Assembly (NCBI GenBank): GCA_050049995.1
Contig: JASFVE010000040.1
Span: forward strand, 1-16,784
DNA: 16,784 nucleotides
Reading direction: 5' to 3'
Origin: Chlamydiota bacterium
GTDB lineage: Bacteria; Chlamydiota; Chlamydiia; Chlamydiales; SM23-39
Shown here: positions 15,832 to 16,784 of the stretch, piece after piece
Numbering within the stretch: the stretch's first letter is position 1
Layout of the letters: each line of letters begins with the position of its first letter
Position numbers and translations under genes: made by a program
Notes under the pieces: model-generated
The model's input: the letters and a program-made list of their open reading frames with translations, nothing else
Told to the model about the DNA's origin: nothing
The model's database searches: none

Positions 15832-16784
15832 ATGCAAAGAAAAGCAGCAGTGTTTTGCCATAATGGCTTGGGAGATGGGATAATTTCTTTAGTACTTTCC
15901 AATAATTTTCATCAAAATGGTTGGGAAATTGATACTTTCCATAATAATATGGATTCACTTCAAAATTGGGTGCCCCACTTACCTATTCTTAAATATCCCG
16001 ATGAAACTGAAATTTCTAAAATTTTGCAGACTTATGACGAAATAATTATTTTTCATAATGATTCCAGCAATTTCGTTTTACGACTTATCCAAGAAGGAAA
16101 AGCTGTTTGTGCAGAAAAAGTAAAAGTTATTTACGCCTACCCTTCTAAAAATATTGTTTTTGAGCCTTATTATAAAGACAGCTATATTGACCCTCGCATA
16201 CCAATAGTTAAGAACCTCGAAAAGTTCTGTCAAAGGATTCTTAATTTCCCCCATATTACTAAACATAATGGATTTTTGCCACCAAGAGGGCTTATACATA
16301 AGAAATATGCTAAAAGAGTAGCACTGCACACAGTTAGCTCGAGAGATGGCAAAAACTGGCCCAGGGAGAAATATGTAAAACTTGCTTTACATTTAAAAAA
16401 TGAAGGCTTTGAACCATCTTTTATTTTAGGAGGACCTAAGGATCGAGGAGATTGGGATGACTATTTAAAAGATACCCCTTTTGCCTGTCCTATGTTTTCA
16501 AATTTAGATGAGATTGCTCAATACATTTATGAATCAGGTTTTTTTGTTGGAAACGACTCGGGATTAGGGCATTTAGCTTCTTGCTTGTCAGTCCCCACAG
16601 TTACAATCAGCAGAAGGAAAACTGTAGCTAGGTTTTGGAGACCTTCTTGGACAGAAGGAGCTATAGTCAACCCTAGTTCTCTCATTCCTAATATAAGAGG
16701 ACTTAGAATTCGTGATAGAAAATGGAAAAGCTTTGTTTCAGTAAAAAAGGTATTAAGGGCCTTTGAAAAGCTCTATCAGACGGT
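15832..16784 (+). CDS. GT9 (ADP-heptose:LPS heptosyltransferase family) glycosyltransferase, 3'-truncated by the window edge; not in ORF track
   Basis: Manual translation from ATG 15832 is open to the end: MQRKAAVFCHNGLGDG...KNWPREKY...FVGNDSGLGHLASCLSVPTVTI...FWRPSW. GLGD, K.WP and GNDSG..HLA are GT9 signatures. Confidence 0.88.
   Translation, partial: MQRKAAVFCHNGLGDGIISLVLSNNFHQNGWEIDTFHNNMDSLQNWVPHLPILKYPDETEISKILQTYDEIIIFHNDSSNFVLRLIQEGKAVCAEKVKVIYAYPSKNIVFEPYYKDSYIDPRIPIVKNLEKFCQRILNFPHITKHNGFLPPRGLIHKKYAKRVALHTVSSRDGKNWPREKYVKLALHLKNEGFEPSFILGGPKDRGDWDDYLKDTPFACPMFSNLDEIAQYIYESGFFVGNDSGLGHLASCLSVPTVTISRRKTVARFWRPSWTEGAIVNPSSLIPNIRGLRIRDRKWKSFVSVKKVLRAFEKLYQT

Noticed and set aside
15801..15863. 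20-aa upstream ORF (MVSEKNVDRTNAKKSSSVLP) overlapping the GT9 start out of frame
   Set aside because: No RBS and expected by chance; the GT9 N-terminus from 15832 looks complete, so no frameshift is needed.
16078..16329. 83-aa minus-strand ORF
   Set aside because: Antisense to the GT9 gene.
1..16784. CRISPR arrays, tRNA/rRNA, IS elements, CIRCE or canonical sigma-54 (TGGCAC-N5-TTGC) sites
   Set aside because: None found by eye. Intergenic gaps are short and lack these patterns, and there is no transposase or integrase ORF.

Overview
AT-rich bacterial window, most likely from an environmental member of phylum Chlamydiota: topA is fused to a C-terminal SWIB domain, and the topA / CT642-like / rpoN order recalls Chlamydia. 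The left half (1-9423) is a surface-glycan locus. It encodes a 5'-truncated NDP-sugar C-methyltransferase, an Fcl-like epimerase/reductase, LhgO, a family-5 uracil-DNA glycosylase, an unannotated 48-aa secreted peptide with its own terminator, Gmd, two GT4 glycosyltransferases, a GMP-only ManC and a convergent Wzy/WaaL-superfamily membrane protein. The right half holds topA-SWIB, an orphan 130-aa ORF, a HExxH membrane protein, a Kdo hydroxylase (KdoO), a divergent rpoN and a GT9 gene that runs off the window and is absent from the ORF track. The best candidate for a new system is an elaborated chlamydial LPS: a GDP-derived 3-C-methyl branched deoxysugar (virenose/evalose-like) polysaccharide, Kdo-to-Ko hydroxylation and a GT9 core transferase, possibly supported by LhgO. 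Canonical Chlamydiaceae LOS has none of these. All assignments come from motif recognition; no database search was run. No rRNA, tRNA, CRISPR array or mobile element was seen.
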